64,000 nt of DNA from Octopus vulgaris (lineage: Eukaryota): contig OX597817.1 in the NCBI GenBank assembly GCA_951406725.2, forward strand, positions 18,848,001 to 18,912,000, in the 5' to 3' direction. How positions within the stretch are numbered: position 1 is the stretch's first letter; every line of letters starts with the position of its first letter. Made by a program: the position numbers and the translations under genes. Shown one piece after another: positions 26,247 to 38,614 of the stretch. The notes beneath the pieces are model-generated. The model had not been told where the DNA came from. It did no database searches and worked only from the letters and a program-made list of their open reading frames with translations.

Positions 26247-29200
26247 TTAGTAGCAAGTACTCGGATTGCAAATGCATAACCTTCTAATTGTGATGTGATG
26301 TAGCGGTCATGAGTGCAAGAGAGACTTCACTTCAGGTCAATATTACTGTGTCCTTAAGCTTTCTGGAAAATACCCAAGCCTTGTCTTTTTTGGTATGTTG
26401 AACGTTTCACATCCGGGCCTTCTTTGCAGTATGTTAGTTCGGCTTTTTTGGGATTGTATGAGAAGTCATCGGGAAGAGAGGAGTTCAATGTCGTCACGTA
26501 GCATATTGTTCTCTTCACTTTTCAGTTATAAGTATTTATTTTTACTTTAAAGCTATAAATGCATTTCTTTTTACTGCTGTTGTTTATCAAGTGCTGCCTG
26601 AGAGAGAGACTATACGACATTTGAAGGCTGTCCGCACTGATCGCAAGCCTCTACCTCCTTTATCTCTTCTTAGGTAGATCCTGCCAATATCACTATTTCT
26701 TTGGAGATTTCTAATTGATGTCAATTTCTTGCGAATCTATGGAGTGGATTTCTACCGACAAGTTATGCATCCCAAACGTTGAAGTCAGCACTTGTAATTC
26801 AAATTCACTGTGGGACATTATTTTGTTGTAAGAGGAGAGTTCTAACTCTTGCATAATATTCACTGGTCACTATCTTTATTCATGTACCTTAATATGATAT
26901 GTTTTCATCAATGTCTCGGTACTTGTAACATTCTTTCTTTATGTGGGACAGGAAAGATAGTGAGACCATTGATGCACAGGAATTGGGTCTGGGATAGTAA
27001 TTTCCCTCGTATGAACATTTCCTTTGGCCAAACTCCATTCCTATGTCTGGTGAAAATATTGGTATCAATTCCTGCCGTTTTATGGCATTGTTAACATCTT
27101 TAGCATACATCTTAGGATAATCCACAAAGAAATTATGGATTACATTAATATCCTTAGCAGTTGAAGATCCTAGCATATAACCATTTGATATTTGTAGCAG
27201 GAATGACAACTAATCTATTGCCTAAATGAACAAAATTACAGAAAAGACATCTCCTTGGAATATTCCCTTTTAAATGTGTATATCATTCCAATCTCAGTTC
27301 TAAGTATAAGAATTGTTAACTAGATCTTTGTGAAACCCTCAGTGGTTACAATTAAGATAGCAGGTACTTTTGCTTAGTGGAGACAATTCAGCAGCTATGA
27401 GTGAGGAATAGAGTCAATACCTTCCTATAATCAACACCATATTGTTCCAAGTCTCCTACGATGTTTCTATTTTCTTTTTTTTACTTCAAACAATACAGCT
27501 TTGTTTATTAAAAGTTGTCCAGCACACACACACACTTTCTTCCTTCCACCATTCTCTTCATTAGTCAGTATGTGTTGGACTCACAATGATCTTCGAAGAA
27601 TTGGCGAAGTCAGCTCCTGTAGAGTTTGTTTAGGCGAGCAATGCACCTATAATTTTCAGGCAACTCAGTGATTTCCTTCTTGGCTACAAGATTTTCCAAT
27701 TTGGTATGTTATCCGACCTTCCATAGTACTTCTCAGTGTGTATATATATATAGATATAGAAATGGAACAAAAATGTCAGCCTCTATAATCAGTATCCAAA
27801 TATTAATACTATCCATGCGTCTTCCCATTGTGGAGTTTGTCTACATCTGTGGGGAAAATATCCGGCTGAATTGTATATTTTTTACTGTTGATATTGATAC
27901 AGTATTCTATCCTTACTGCATTTAGCCACGGTGCATCAAGTTTGAGATCCCTTTTTCTGTGGGCTAGAACCAAATGTTGTGGCGGTAGCGAAGATTCTAA
28001 TTGAACGCCCTGAGCTACTATAGAGTTTTGTGTAAACACATTATTCCTCGTACATATTATTCTCTTGGTTAACCATCCAATATGGCAGCGCAGATTCTTC
28101 GTGTTTTGATTTCCACCAAGGGTACTTCCGTCCAGTAGTTTCATTACCATGTATACTGTGTATTTACCCCAGGTGTTCTTTAAGAGTGATAGCAGCTGCG
28201 CATATTCCTGTAATTAAAATCACACGATTCCATGTGCTCTCCAGCGACATTGTCGATAACTTACTCTTTAAAGCTGTTGGATTATTTTTTAATCTTGTTA
28301 ACAATAGCCTGTCGTTTAACGACGGTTTCGTGGAAGTAGACAAGTTTTCTACGAACTGTGGTTTCAGGATGTTTTCAATATAAATATATTCCATAGTTGT
28401 CTTTGTTGAGTCTTCTACATTTAGAGTTACATGATGGTGGTAGCAGTTTGTTTACATTATTTTTCGATATCTCATCTGGCAGGTTTTGGCCAATTCCCTG
28501 TGTCTTCAAAAGATCGATTTACATTACGAGAGGAAGGCATTTCTATTAAAAATAATACTTGTTACCAAAGTTGTTTCGCAGTAGAGGTACGTTGGGGTGG
28601 GTATTTTTTGAACTGCTTCATATATCGGATAGACCGGTCTTCGTGGGATTTTCATGGCATCGAAGAACACCATGTAGAGTTAGACGTAGAGTCCAGGTAG
28701 AGTGAGAGGAGCACGTATGTTTTTTCAGATTGTGGTGCTGTAGAGGTGTTTTCTTTGGTGATGTTATTAATTTCAGCCATGATAGTATTAGCAAATTCCA
28801 CGTGATATAAGGTATATTTTTAAAAATCTGGTATGAACAGTTCTGCGTTCGTAAGTAAATGGCGTTTCACTTAATTATGATGGGATAGATATACCAATTA
28901 CTGATTTAGGGCGGAGACGTCGAGATAGATGTAAAGGAAAATGCTCAAAAAGAAGTTTCAAACGGCCCTCTACGCCTGCAAGTCTGGTGTTGACGGTACC
29001 ATCTATTATGTATGTATGTATTATATGTGTGTGTGTGTATGTATGTGTGTATGTATGCAGGCATGTATGTATGTATGTATGTAAGTATGTATGTATGTAT
29101 GTACGTATGAATGTGTGTGTCAAGGACACGTGCAGTCTCAAATAATATGTCTACTATCTGAGGAAATACGTGAAAAACTCCAATTCTGATTAATAAATCC

Positions 29201-30821
29201 GAACTTGTCTCAGTGTGTCGACATATAGAAAAATTCAAGAATTAACCAGAACAATTCCTGATACATGAGAAAATGAATACTTCATTGCCACATGACCGTT
29301 TCAAAGAAGAAAACATTCAAAACTTACATATAACTCTTTATTTATCGCTATTTTTGATTCAAAGGTTATTACGGTTGACTGTAAAATCAGTCGTATGACA
29401 GACTTAGGTACGACAAAATAAACCATATTTACAATCATACAATTTCACACTGACAGGCACACGTATAGAGAAACACAGTGTAACACAGAGAAACACACAT
29501 GCACACACACACGCAAGCACACAAATACACTCAGTGGGGCATATGATTCTAAATTTATTGAGAGGAGAGAGAGAGAGAAAAAGAGACAGAAATTGAAAGA
29601 GAATTTCTGAATACTATTTTAACATTAGTTTCTCTATGATATACGAAACCTTTAACGTTTCCTGGTTTACATGATAAACATGACTTTTGTCTCCTATGAA
29701 ACGTATTATTTACTTAATTTCAGTTCTGTTCAATGTCTAAATTACACCCCCCTATTTTGTAAGGTGCTACAATCATATCTGATAGACTCTTCGTTATGTG
29801 GTTTCTACAGTTTGGTAATGCAATTATAATTTATGGAAAACAGAGAAAATTCATTTAATGAGAGTCGGGAAGGTCTTTATGTCTAAAAGAGTTTGATGGG
29901 TGTGACTCAATAGCAGATATTTACTGCATCATTGGTCATTTGCTTGTGCAAATGATCGCGTAAAATATGTGAACTGTGGTTCATGATTGGTGAAGTAGAA
30001 TAGACAAAGGAAAGAAATGTCTAATCACAACCTATGCTGTTCTATTATATATTTTGATGAATTACTTGTATCAACAAAACTGCTAAACGTCAGTGAAGGG
30101 GAAAGAGGAAGACAATCAAAATGTGAAGAAATACAGAATCTGACATAAGTGAAAGGAATAATCAAATAATCTAAGAACAAAATACAAAAATATATAAATA
30201 TGACAAGGAAAAGAAAGATAAAAGCAAACATTGAAAAGCAAAGCCAGAGAAGATTAAAATAGAAATAAACGAAAGAAAACAAATTACAACGAGAAAGAAA
30301 GAGAAAAGATCCTGAAAATAAATTTTAAAATATTAAAAACGTCATACAAAATGTAATTTCCGTGAATACAACGTAAACGAGATGAGACCTTTGGCATAGA
30401 TCTTGGTCAAATTTCGATAATGTCGGAAAGTATTTAAATTATCTTTTTCTATCTTTGTCAAACTATATATAACTTTCGTTGAAAAGTCTTGGGTCAAAAG
30501 AATGCGTCTTGTAACATTTGTGGCGAAAAACATCAATAGTTAGGAATTCTATTATCATCGTTATCTAATCTTTCCTCTTAAACTTGTCGCACTTTTCCTT
30601 ATTGACAGTTTTATGTGTGGATATTGAAATATAGGAAATCAAACACTTGCTCAGATAAGATTTAATATATATTTCTTGTAGAAATATTCTATCATATGCA
30701 GACACAAATGTTCATTCCTACATGTTCTCACTTAAAAACATACAAAGAAAAAGACTAAATTTCATTCACCTTCATCCTCTCGAGTCATATAGAAAGTTTG
30801 CATAAATTATTCCCGTAATCA

Positions 30822-30894
<73 letters not shown>

Positions 30895-30985
30895 GCGAGC
30901 TAGCTAGCTAGCTACCTACTTACCTACCTACCTGCCTACCTACCTACCTACCTACATACCTACCGACCTACCTACCTACCTATCG
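30822..30985. repeat. Compound tetranucleotide microsatellite (ATCT)n(AGCT)n(ACCT)n
   Basis: Direct reading. Confidence 0.95.
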
Positions 30986-31614
30986 ATATATGTGTTATTT
31001 CATGTTGTTTTAAAGTAATTATGAGATAACAATGCATTTGCTAATAAAGTGACGCAATACTCAATCTAAATTTAAACTTGCTTAATCCGTTTTCACTTGG
31101 ATTTGTAGCTTCACCTGACGGTTTAATTCAGCAGTCAGAATAAGCAGTCACGTCGCAGCCAACAGGAGCATATATATATATATTTATACACACACACACA
31201 CTCAAGCACACACACTCACATTAATATTTTTATGTGTAGTTACATACATATAGTTAAACACAAAAATTATGCTTGCATGAAAGCAAAACAAAACCAAGAT
31301 ATCATCTTTTGACTTCGAACACTACACAAATCAAATTTTACAGACGCCATCTTACTTATCTTCAACAAAACTCATAACGCCTGAGCTACCATAACAATAC
31401 CTTTAAAAGTTTTATTTTCCCCCCTTGTCCCCATTCTCCTCCATTTCATATTCTACTTCTGGCTTTTTTTTTCTACCCAAACTAAAACTTTCAGCCTGTC
31501 GAAATGTCTTGTTCTTTATATGCCACAAAAACACGCACTTTTCCTACACCTGCTTTGCGAAAGCATTGCTCCACGCAGCAAGTGAACTAAGGCGTAACTA
31601 TAAGGTTTGGAAGA

Positions 31615-32087
<473 letters not shown>

Positions 32088-32094
32088 AAAGATA

Positions 32095-32249
32095 TACAGT
32101 TCTATATGTAAGAGATGAGGGATTATGTACATTATTTACATTATTTACATTTGACGGATATTTGTCTCGTCTTGTTTGTTGTTAACACAACGTTTCTGAT
32201 ATACTCTCCACCCTTCACCCGTTGTCTTGAGGAAATTTCGATGTTGTTG

Positions 32250-32284
<35 letters not shown>

Positions 32285-32345
32285 GTTGTTGTTGTTGTTG
32301 TTATTATTATTATTATTATTGTTGTTGTTATTATTATTATTATTA

Positions 32346-32394
<49 letters not shown>

Positions 32395-32425
32395 CATCAT
32401 CATCATCCTTATTATTATTATTATT
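32095..32425 (-). mobile_element. 3' portion of a hammerhead-tailed SINE-like repeat ((AAT)n plus tail)
   Basis: On minus: (AAT/AAC)n-CATCGAAATTTCCTCAAGACAACGGGTGAAGGGTGGAGAGTATATCAGAAACGTTGTGTT..., homologous to 32913-32991. Confidence 0.75.
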
Positions 32426-32640
32426 CCATGTTTGACTTTTGTTTTACATTTGCACAAGCTGGCTCCAAGTCTCACCCATAGACCTCAAGAGACAATAGGT
32501 TGGAAGTTCGTGTTGGTGTTGTGCCTAGGGTGCGATATATTTGGTTTTGTATTTAGTGTTGTACTAGTGAATGCCTAAAAAAAAAACCATACGAAAATTA
32601 TGTTTGTCTTAAAACTTGATATTACATAGAAAGCCAAGAA
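32426..32640 (-). mobile_element. Probable 3' end (ORF stop and 3' UTR) of an R4/Dong-type element ending in (AAT)n
   Basis: On minus: CTTTCTATGTAA (LSM*) ... GAGGTCTATGGGTGAGACTTGG ... CAAACATGG followed directly by (AAT)n. Family assignment is from recollection. Confidence 0.45.
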
Positions 32641-32739
32641 TGAAAATTAAGGATCCACAGCTATTTTCATGTTTTTCTCCCACTTTTCTCTAAACACATA
32701 CGCATAACCGAACACACAGACACACACACACACGCACGA

Positions 32740-32827
32740 GGGAATATGGCGCAGTGGTTAAGGGCGCGGGCTCCTAATCCCAAGATTCCGAGTTCGATTC
32801 CAGGCAGTAACCTGAATAATAATGATG

Positions 32828-32900
<73 letters not shown>

Positions 32901-32992
32901 CAACAACAACAACATCGAAAAATATCTTAGGAATGAGGATCCAGGTTCGAAATTTCCCCAAGACACCTGATGAAAGCTGGAGGGTATATCAG
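32740..32992 (+). mobile_element. tRNA-headed SINE-like element with (AAT)n body and hammerhead-core tail (3'-truncated)
   Basis: A-box TGGCGCAGTGG (32747), anticodon-like arm GGGCTCCTAATCCC, B-box GAGTTCGATTCC (32790), (AAT)n 32815-32912, GACAC-CTGATGA at 32962-32973. Confidence 0.8.
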
Positions 32993-33143
32993 GTTACGAG
33001 AGGTAATTGTGTCAAGAAGACCTTAAGGCGTCAAGTAATGCTGAGTAAGTGCTATGGACAGACTATAGTTAAGCTCCAGGTGTGGTGATTATGCGCGAAT
33101 GAGGAGTCCAACGCCGGTCATATATTAGCATGCATATAGCGTG

Positions 33144-33513
33144 CTAGAGAAGATATGAAATAAAGAGTGAAGTGGAGGAATGAAAACAGACGTGAGATAT
33201 GCAGGGATATTGTATCTGCAGTTCCTTTATTCAAGCAGAATGGTATACATATAAGTGTCTTGTGCCTTGTGTGTAAGTTCCAATAGTATTTAAAATTGGT
33301 AATTCCAAGCATAGAGTTTGTACACGGTTTTATAGGAAAAATCTATGCTTGGAACGACCAATTTTATATACTTTTGGAACTTACACACAAGGCACAAAAA
33401 ACCTATATGTATACCATTCTGCTTAAATAATCGAACTGTAGATACAATATCCCTGTATATCACACGTCTTTTTTCATTCCTCCACTTCAGTCTTTATTTC
33501 ATATTTTCTCTAG
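33144..33513. repeat. Long imperfect inverted repeat (foldback of about 370 bp)
   Basis: 33144-33300 pairs with 33357-33513; inner arms TTCCAAGCATAGA / TCTATGCTTGGAA. Confidence 0.88.
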
Positions 33514-33548
33514 AATAACTACTGCTTAACGTCTTTCTCGCACGCATC

Positions 33549-33596
33549 GTTTCCGGTGAAGGGATATATAAAATATCCCGGAAACAGCTGTAAGAC
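33549..33596 (+). ncRNA. Degenerate type I hammerhead motif
   Basis: GTTT-CCGGTGA(=CTGATGA with 2 transitions)-A-GGGATAT ATAAA ATATCCC-G-GAAA-CAGCTG-TA-AGAC; stems I and II and a palindromic stem III are intact. Confidence 0.55.
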
Positions 33597-33654
33597 CTTC
33601 TCTTTATAAATGTTCTGAAATCTTTCACAGCGTTGGATTTTTTATCTCATTCTG

Positions 33655-33746
<92 letters not shown>

Positions 33747-34194
33747 CATACATAGTCAATTCAAAAATTTAACAGTTAAGAAACAGATGAAAAAATAAAA
33801 AAAAAGAGAAAAAACGAATTGCAGGACGCACACAAGTGATATATTAATTAGACACTCGGTTAAAGGAGAGAGTTGTTAAAGTTTCGAGCATAGTTCTTCG
33901 TCGAAAAGAGGGAAGTCCAAAGAGAAAGTAGGAAAAATAAGGAAAAATCGCCGACAATGCACATGTTGCTGCATATATATGTATATACAAAATTAAGAGG
34001 AATGACTACTAAATTGGACACCTAATATGCTAAACATAAACATCAAATCGCCATTAACACGAAGAATGTGTTTTCAAGAAAATTGGTTATTACTCTCAAC
34101 TTTGTATGTAACTCAGTTTTTAATCTTCGGATTTTTTAAATATGCTAAGCCACTGGTTTTAATTGATTAATATCAATTTCTACCCTTATTATTC

Positions 34195-34248
<54 letters not shown>

Positions 34249-34254
34249 GATAGG

Positions 34255-34565
34255 AGCACTCTGTCGGTTACGACGAAGAGGGTCCCAGCTGATGCGATCA
34301 ACGGAACAGCCTGCTCATGAAATTAACGTGCAAGTGACTGAGCAATCCCCAGACACGTGTACCCCTAACGTAGTTCTCAAGGAGATTCGGCGTGATACAA
34401 ATTGTGATAAGGCCGGTTCTTTGAGATACAGGTACAACTCATTTTTGCCAGCTGAGTGACTGGTGCAACGTGAAATAAAGTGTCTTGCTCAAGAACACAA
34501 CACGTCGCCAAGAATCGAACTCACAACCTTACAATCCTGAGTCGAATGCCCTAACTACTAAGCCG
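34255..34565 (-). mobile_element. tRNA-derived SINE with CORE-like centre; tail shared with 25863-26050
   Basis: On minus: GGCTTAGTAGTTAGGGCATTCGAC...GAGTTCGATTC...TGTGTTCTTGAGCAAGACACTTTATTTCACG. Confidence 0.85.
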
Positions 34566-35456
34566 AGGAAAGAGTGCTCATCAATCACAGGGTGTAGTGT
34601 ATATGATTTATTAAAAAAAATTATGTATTTCGAGTCAAGGATTTTGCGCCAGTGTAATTCTTAAACTGTACCTATCTTTGAGTACACACAGTATCAATAT
34701 TCTTATTTCAACGTCAAATATCTGGTGAGGCGTATAACTGTAGTCAGATTATGAAAGAAAAATTCTGATCATTAACGCAGTCTTAACTCTCAATGACTCT
34801 GCCTTTTATGCAATGAGATATATGCAATATTTCTCCACAACTCGAAAGGATCCACAGCTATTTTCATGTTTTTCTCTCACTTTTCTCTAAACTCATACAC
34901 ATAACAAAACACGCAGACACACACACATACACGCGCACACACACACACACAAACACATGCACACGCACGCATACACATAAACAATCGTCTACGCATATGC
35001 GCACATGGAAACTCTGAGAGAAAGTGAATTAATAATTTGCCATAGAAATATATCGCACAGATTTGGTCCGCTTAGAATGCTGAGTCAAAGAGAGGTACTG
35101 GAAAGCTAAAATTGAGTTAATTTTCGATCTATATTGGATTGCGAGATTCATTTATTCTTCATTCGAGGGATTTCCAACTTAAATCATCATATCGGGGTAT
35201 GGTGGCTTCGAAAATATCATTAGTAATTTATATTCCCTTGAAGATCGCAATAGCGTTAAATTCGAATCTCTGGATAAACATTCATTTAAACTAAACCATA
35301 TAATCTACGACATGTATTGATTAATATTCCCTCATTCGTTCAGGAAATTCAACATGCCTGTGTGTGAGTATGTGTGCGTATGTGTGTGTGTGTGTATGTG
35401 TGCGTGTATGTGCATGTGTATGTGTGTATATTCATGTATACAGAGATAGAGATAGA

Positions 35457-35581
<125 letters not shown>

Positions 35582-35837
35582 GTGTGTGTGTGTGTGTGTG
35601 TGTGCGTGTGCATTACACCTGCAAACACATATAACAGGAATATGATACTCCTAAAATCAACAGAGTGCATCCTAATTAATCTTAATCGAAGTATAATTCA
35701 TAGTTCATAGAATTGATCAACGAATATTCATAGTTATAAATACCTTGTAGCTACGCGAAAATCTGTTACACGGAATATTTTTGACTGAAAGTTGCACGTA
35801 ACATATATAATAATATATTGGTATATACATATACATA

Positions 35838-35870
<33 letters not shown>

Positions 35871-37699
35871 TCATACGTACATACATACATATGTGTGTGT
35901 GTGTGTGTGTGTGTATGTAGTACCCCCACAGCGTTACTAATCTCTCAAGTAACAAGATCATGTTTCGGTGCAAAGTACCTTTCCGGACTGGTTAGCTTGA
36001 CAGCTGCATTTTATGGCCTATGGACTAAAAATTTGGTTCGTTGGGCTTAGATTTACAATAATCAGAAATGGGCAAATGTATGGAAACGACAGAATTACTT
36101 GCAACGACATCATGATCCGTTGGTCTAAGTAGCGTATGCTTCATAAAGTATAAGACAGGGTATTAAATCTTCTACTCCGTGTGTACACACACACACACGC
36201 ACACGCACACACGTACACACGCATACACACACACACACACTCACGCGCGCGCACACAGTCACACATTAAATGTGGTGCATTAGTAGAAATTTTTTTCACG
36301 TTATGTTCAGAATTCAATTTTCCCTGGGATAGACTTTGACATTCATTCTTTTAGAGTCGAGAAATTAAGTACCATTTGACTTACGTCATTGCTGGCCTTG
36401 TACCAAACTTCGGGACCTTTGTTATGTTGCACCTTAAATAAAATGTTATATAGTAAATGTTATAGATTAAATATATCATGATTCTGACAATATTCCTTCG
36501 TTAGATACCAGAAGAAATTTCAGAGGAGACTTGGAAGTATCACCTATAAACCTAGGTGCTCCAGTATGGCCATAGTCAAATGAGTGAAAGAAGTAAAAGA
36601 ATAAAAAAAAACAACTTCCAGTTTTATACATAACATCAGTTACGCTTAAACAATATGCACTATAATGGTCAATTTGCTACAAATAATTTCTAAACTTTAC
36701 GGAGATGTACTTGCATAGCAAGTGATTTGATCTGAGATTGTGTGCTGGAACGAAAACAATTGCAGCGTGGAAGGTGTTTGTAAGCCCTTTAAGAAACACA
36801 CAAAAGCCGTTCGATTCACTTCAACATTTAAGTTTAATTTGTCAAAATATTTTCGTCGCTATAAGACCGCAACCTGTTCCCTGACAAAAATCCGTGCTGC
36901 ATCTCTAAACTCAGTTTTAACAAACTACAATGTATGTTTGCAAACTCCAACACTAATTAGAGCAGTAATGTTAACTGTGAGCATTAATTCTGATTTCAAT
37001 ATAGAATTATTAATAAACACACCTTTAAATTGTCTTATAAATAAAACCAGATATTACTTACCGAAATCATAATACTAGAATGACCATAGCTATAATTTTA
37101 TGTCAATGCTAGTAAAGTGCTACATTTGAATGCAAAATGTTGTCTCTCCTCTAAAATTCTCCATCATTTTAAACGTAACACGAAACTTAAATCTAAACAT
37201 TGAATTATGTTTATTGTTGAATATGCACTGAAATATATTAAAAAAATTTAAATATGACGGGATGTAAGTCAGTTGCAGACGACATTCACTGTAAAAGGAA
37301 CAACTATGCACTGTTATGGATAGAATGTTGATAGCATGACTGCCAAAATACTAAAAGTTCTTGAATTGTTATTCAAAATTGCTAAATCGTCTTGCGAATA
37401 TCAATCGGCCAAATGGCATCATCAATCACACGGTGCAAAACGGAAAAAAACTTATTACACCCGTCTGTGACAGCACATATATCAAACCTGGAGACATAAA
37501 GAGAATGCTAACTTGTACGTCCATAGAAAGTGAATCTATATGCACAAAGTCCTGGATTAGAGGCCAGGTCTCATATACTCTGCTAAGAGTGTTTGTAAAA
37601 TGGATCACAGGAGAGAAAGTAAATCAAATGATTTTCTCTCGTCAACGGACATGTGCGCGCACATAATATATAGATTTACGTAACAATATATAATACATA

Positions 37700-37995
37700 T
37701 GTGGAGACGCAATGGCCCAGTGGTTAGGGCAGCGGACTCGCGGTTTCGATTCCCAGACCGGGCGTTGTGTGTGTTTATTGAGCGAAAACACCTAAAAAGC
37801 TCCACGAGGTTCTGGCAGGGGGTGGTGATCCCTGCTGTACTCTTTCATCACTCCTCCTCTCACTCTTTCTTCTGTTGGCCTGCTCGCTTAGCCAGCGGGG
37901 TGGCGTCATTCGAAGGCTAAAACAATGCGAAGCGCATTGTGACCAGCGATGTGTAGCAACATCTGATGGTCTGGTCGGTCACGTGATCACGTGAT
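37700..37995 (+). mobile_element. SINE group A
   Basis: A-box TGGCCCAGTGG, B-box GTTTCGATTCC, tail GGTCGGTCACGTGATCACGTGAT. Confidence 0.92.
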
Positions 37996-38614
37996 ATAAT
38001 ACATATAAGAGCATATCTCCATGCGCGTGGGTGGGTGGGTATGATAGGGTGTGGCAGTGGTGGTAGTGGTAGTGGTGTGTATGTGCTCGTGTGAATGTGT
38101 GTGTACAGAGTCCCCAAGAAATGTATACCTGCATTAAATAATTACGAAGTCATTGTTTATTAAGTTCATTTTCAAAATTTACTACAATCTGTCGGCAAAA
38201 TTAATTTCTTTCGTGAACACCTGTTTCAAAATGATAAGCGTCCTGTACTGGTGGTTATGCGAAGCGATAGAATCGCAAGCATCAAGAAATATTTCGTTTG
38301 GTATTTGTGTGCATTCTCGTTCAATGGCTTCCCTCAGTTCGTAGTCTGCTGCAGCCTACCATGGAGTCAATACCATCCACTCTTCTATGCAATAAATTGG
38401 CAACCTAGACTTCTACGTTATCACTGTAGAAGAAGCGTTCAACAAAGAAACAATTAAATTTTCGGATACATCCGACGACGACAAGATATAAATACACATT
38501 CATACACACACACACACACACGTTCTCCCGCACCAGACAATACATAAACCACACACAAACAAACACACACACAAGCGCACACACACACACATATATATAA
38601 CTCGTTAGACGCAG

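Larger units (their letters stand above)
24955..29005 (-). mobile_element. Near-full-length decayed R4/Dong-type non-LTR retrotransposon with two nested SINEs
   Basis: Minus-strand motifs in correct order: PENYRCIARLNKLY; GQLLINKAVL; VDYRK..DSIPHS; KGIFQGD; HNFFVDYPKMYAK...IFSPDIGMEFGQRKC; CYKYRDI; EGYAFAI; KCRL...VEVITYVISRGPKVSSRSYLPM; KHNRPDIIIWNRQEKVCNVIEVSCPADVNI; SIIVDALG; SLSGTVK. Confidence 0.88.

Noticed and set aside
28860-29005. HDV-like ribozyme at the 5' end of the R4/Dong element
   Set aside because: I could not find P1/P2 pairings by eye.
32740-32810. tRNA gene (CCT anticodon-like arm)
   Set aside because: No proper acceptor stem or terminator, and it runs into a repeat body; treated as a SINE head, like the other tRNA-like segments.
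36662-37088. Possible MITE with ATGGTCA...TGACCAT termini
   Set aside because: Only about 7 bp of terminal match and a single copy in the window.
37361-37666. 101-aa unique ORF and a good minus-strand acceptor near 37486
   Set aside because: No recognisable homology and no matching donor; not supportable without RNA data.
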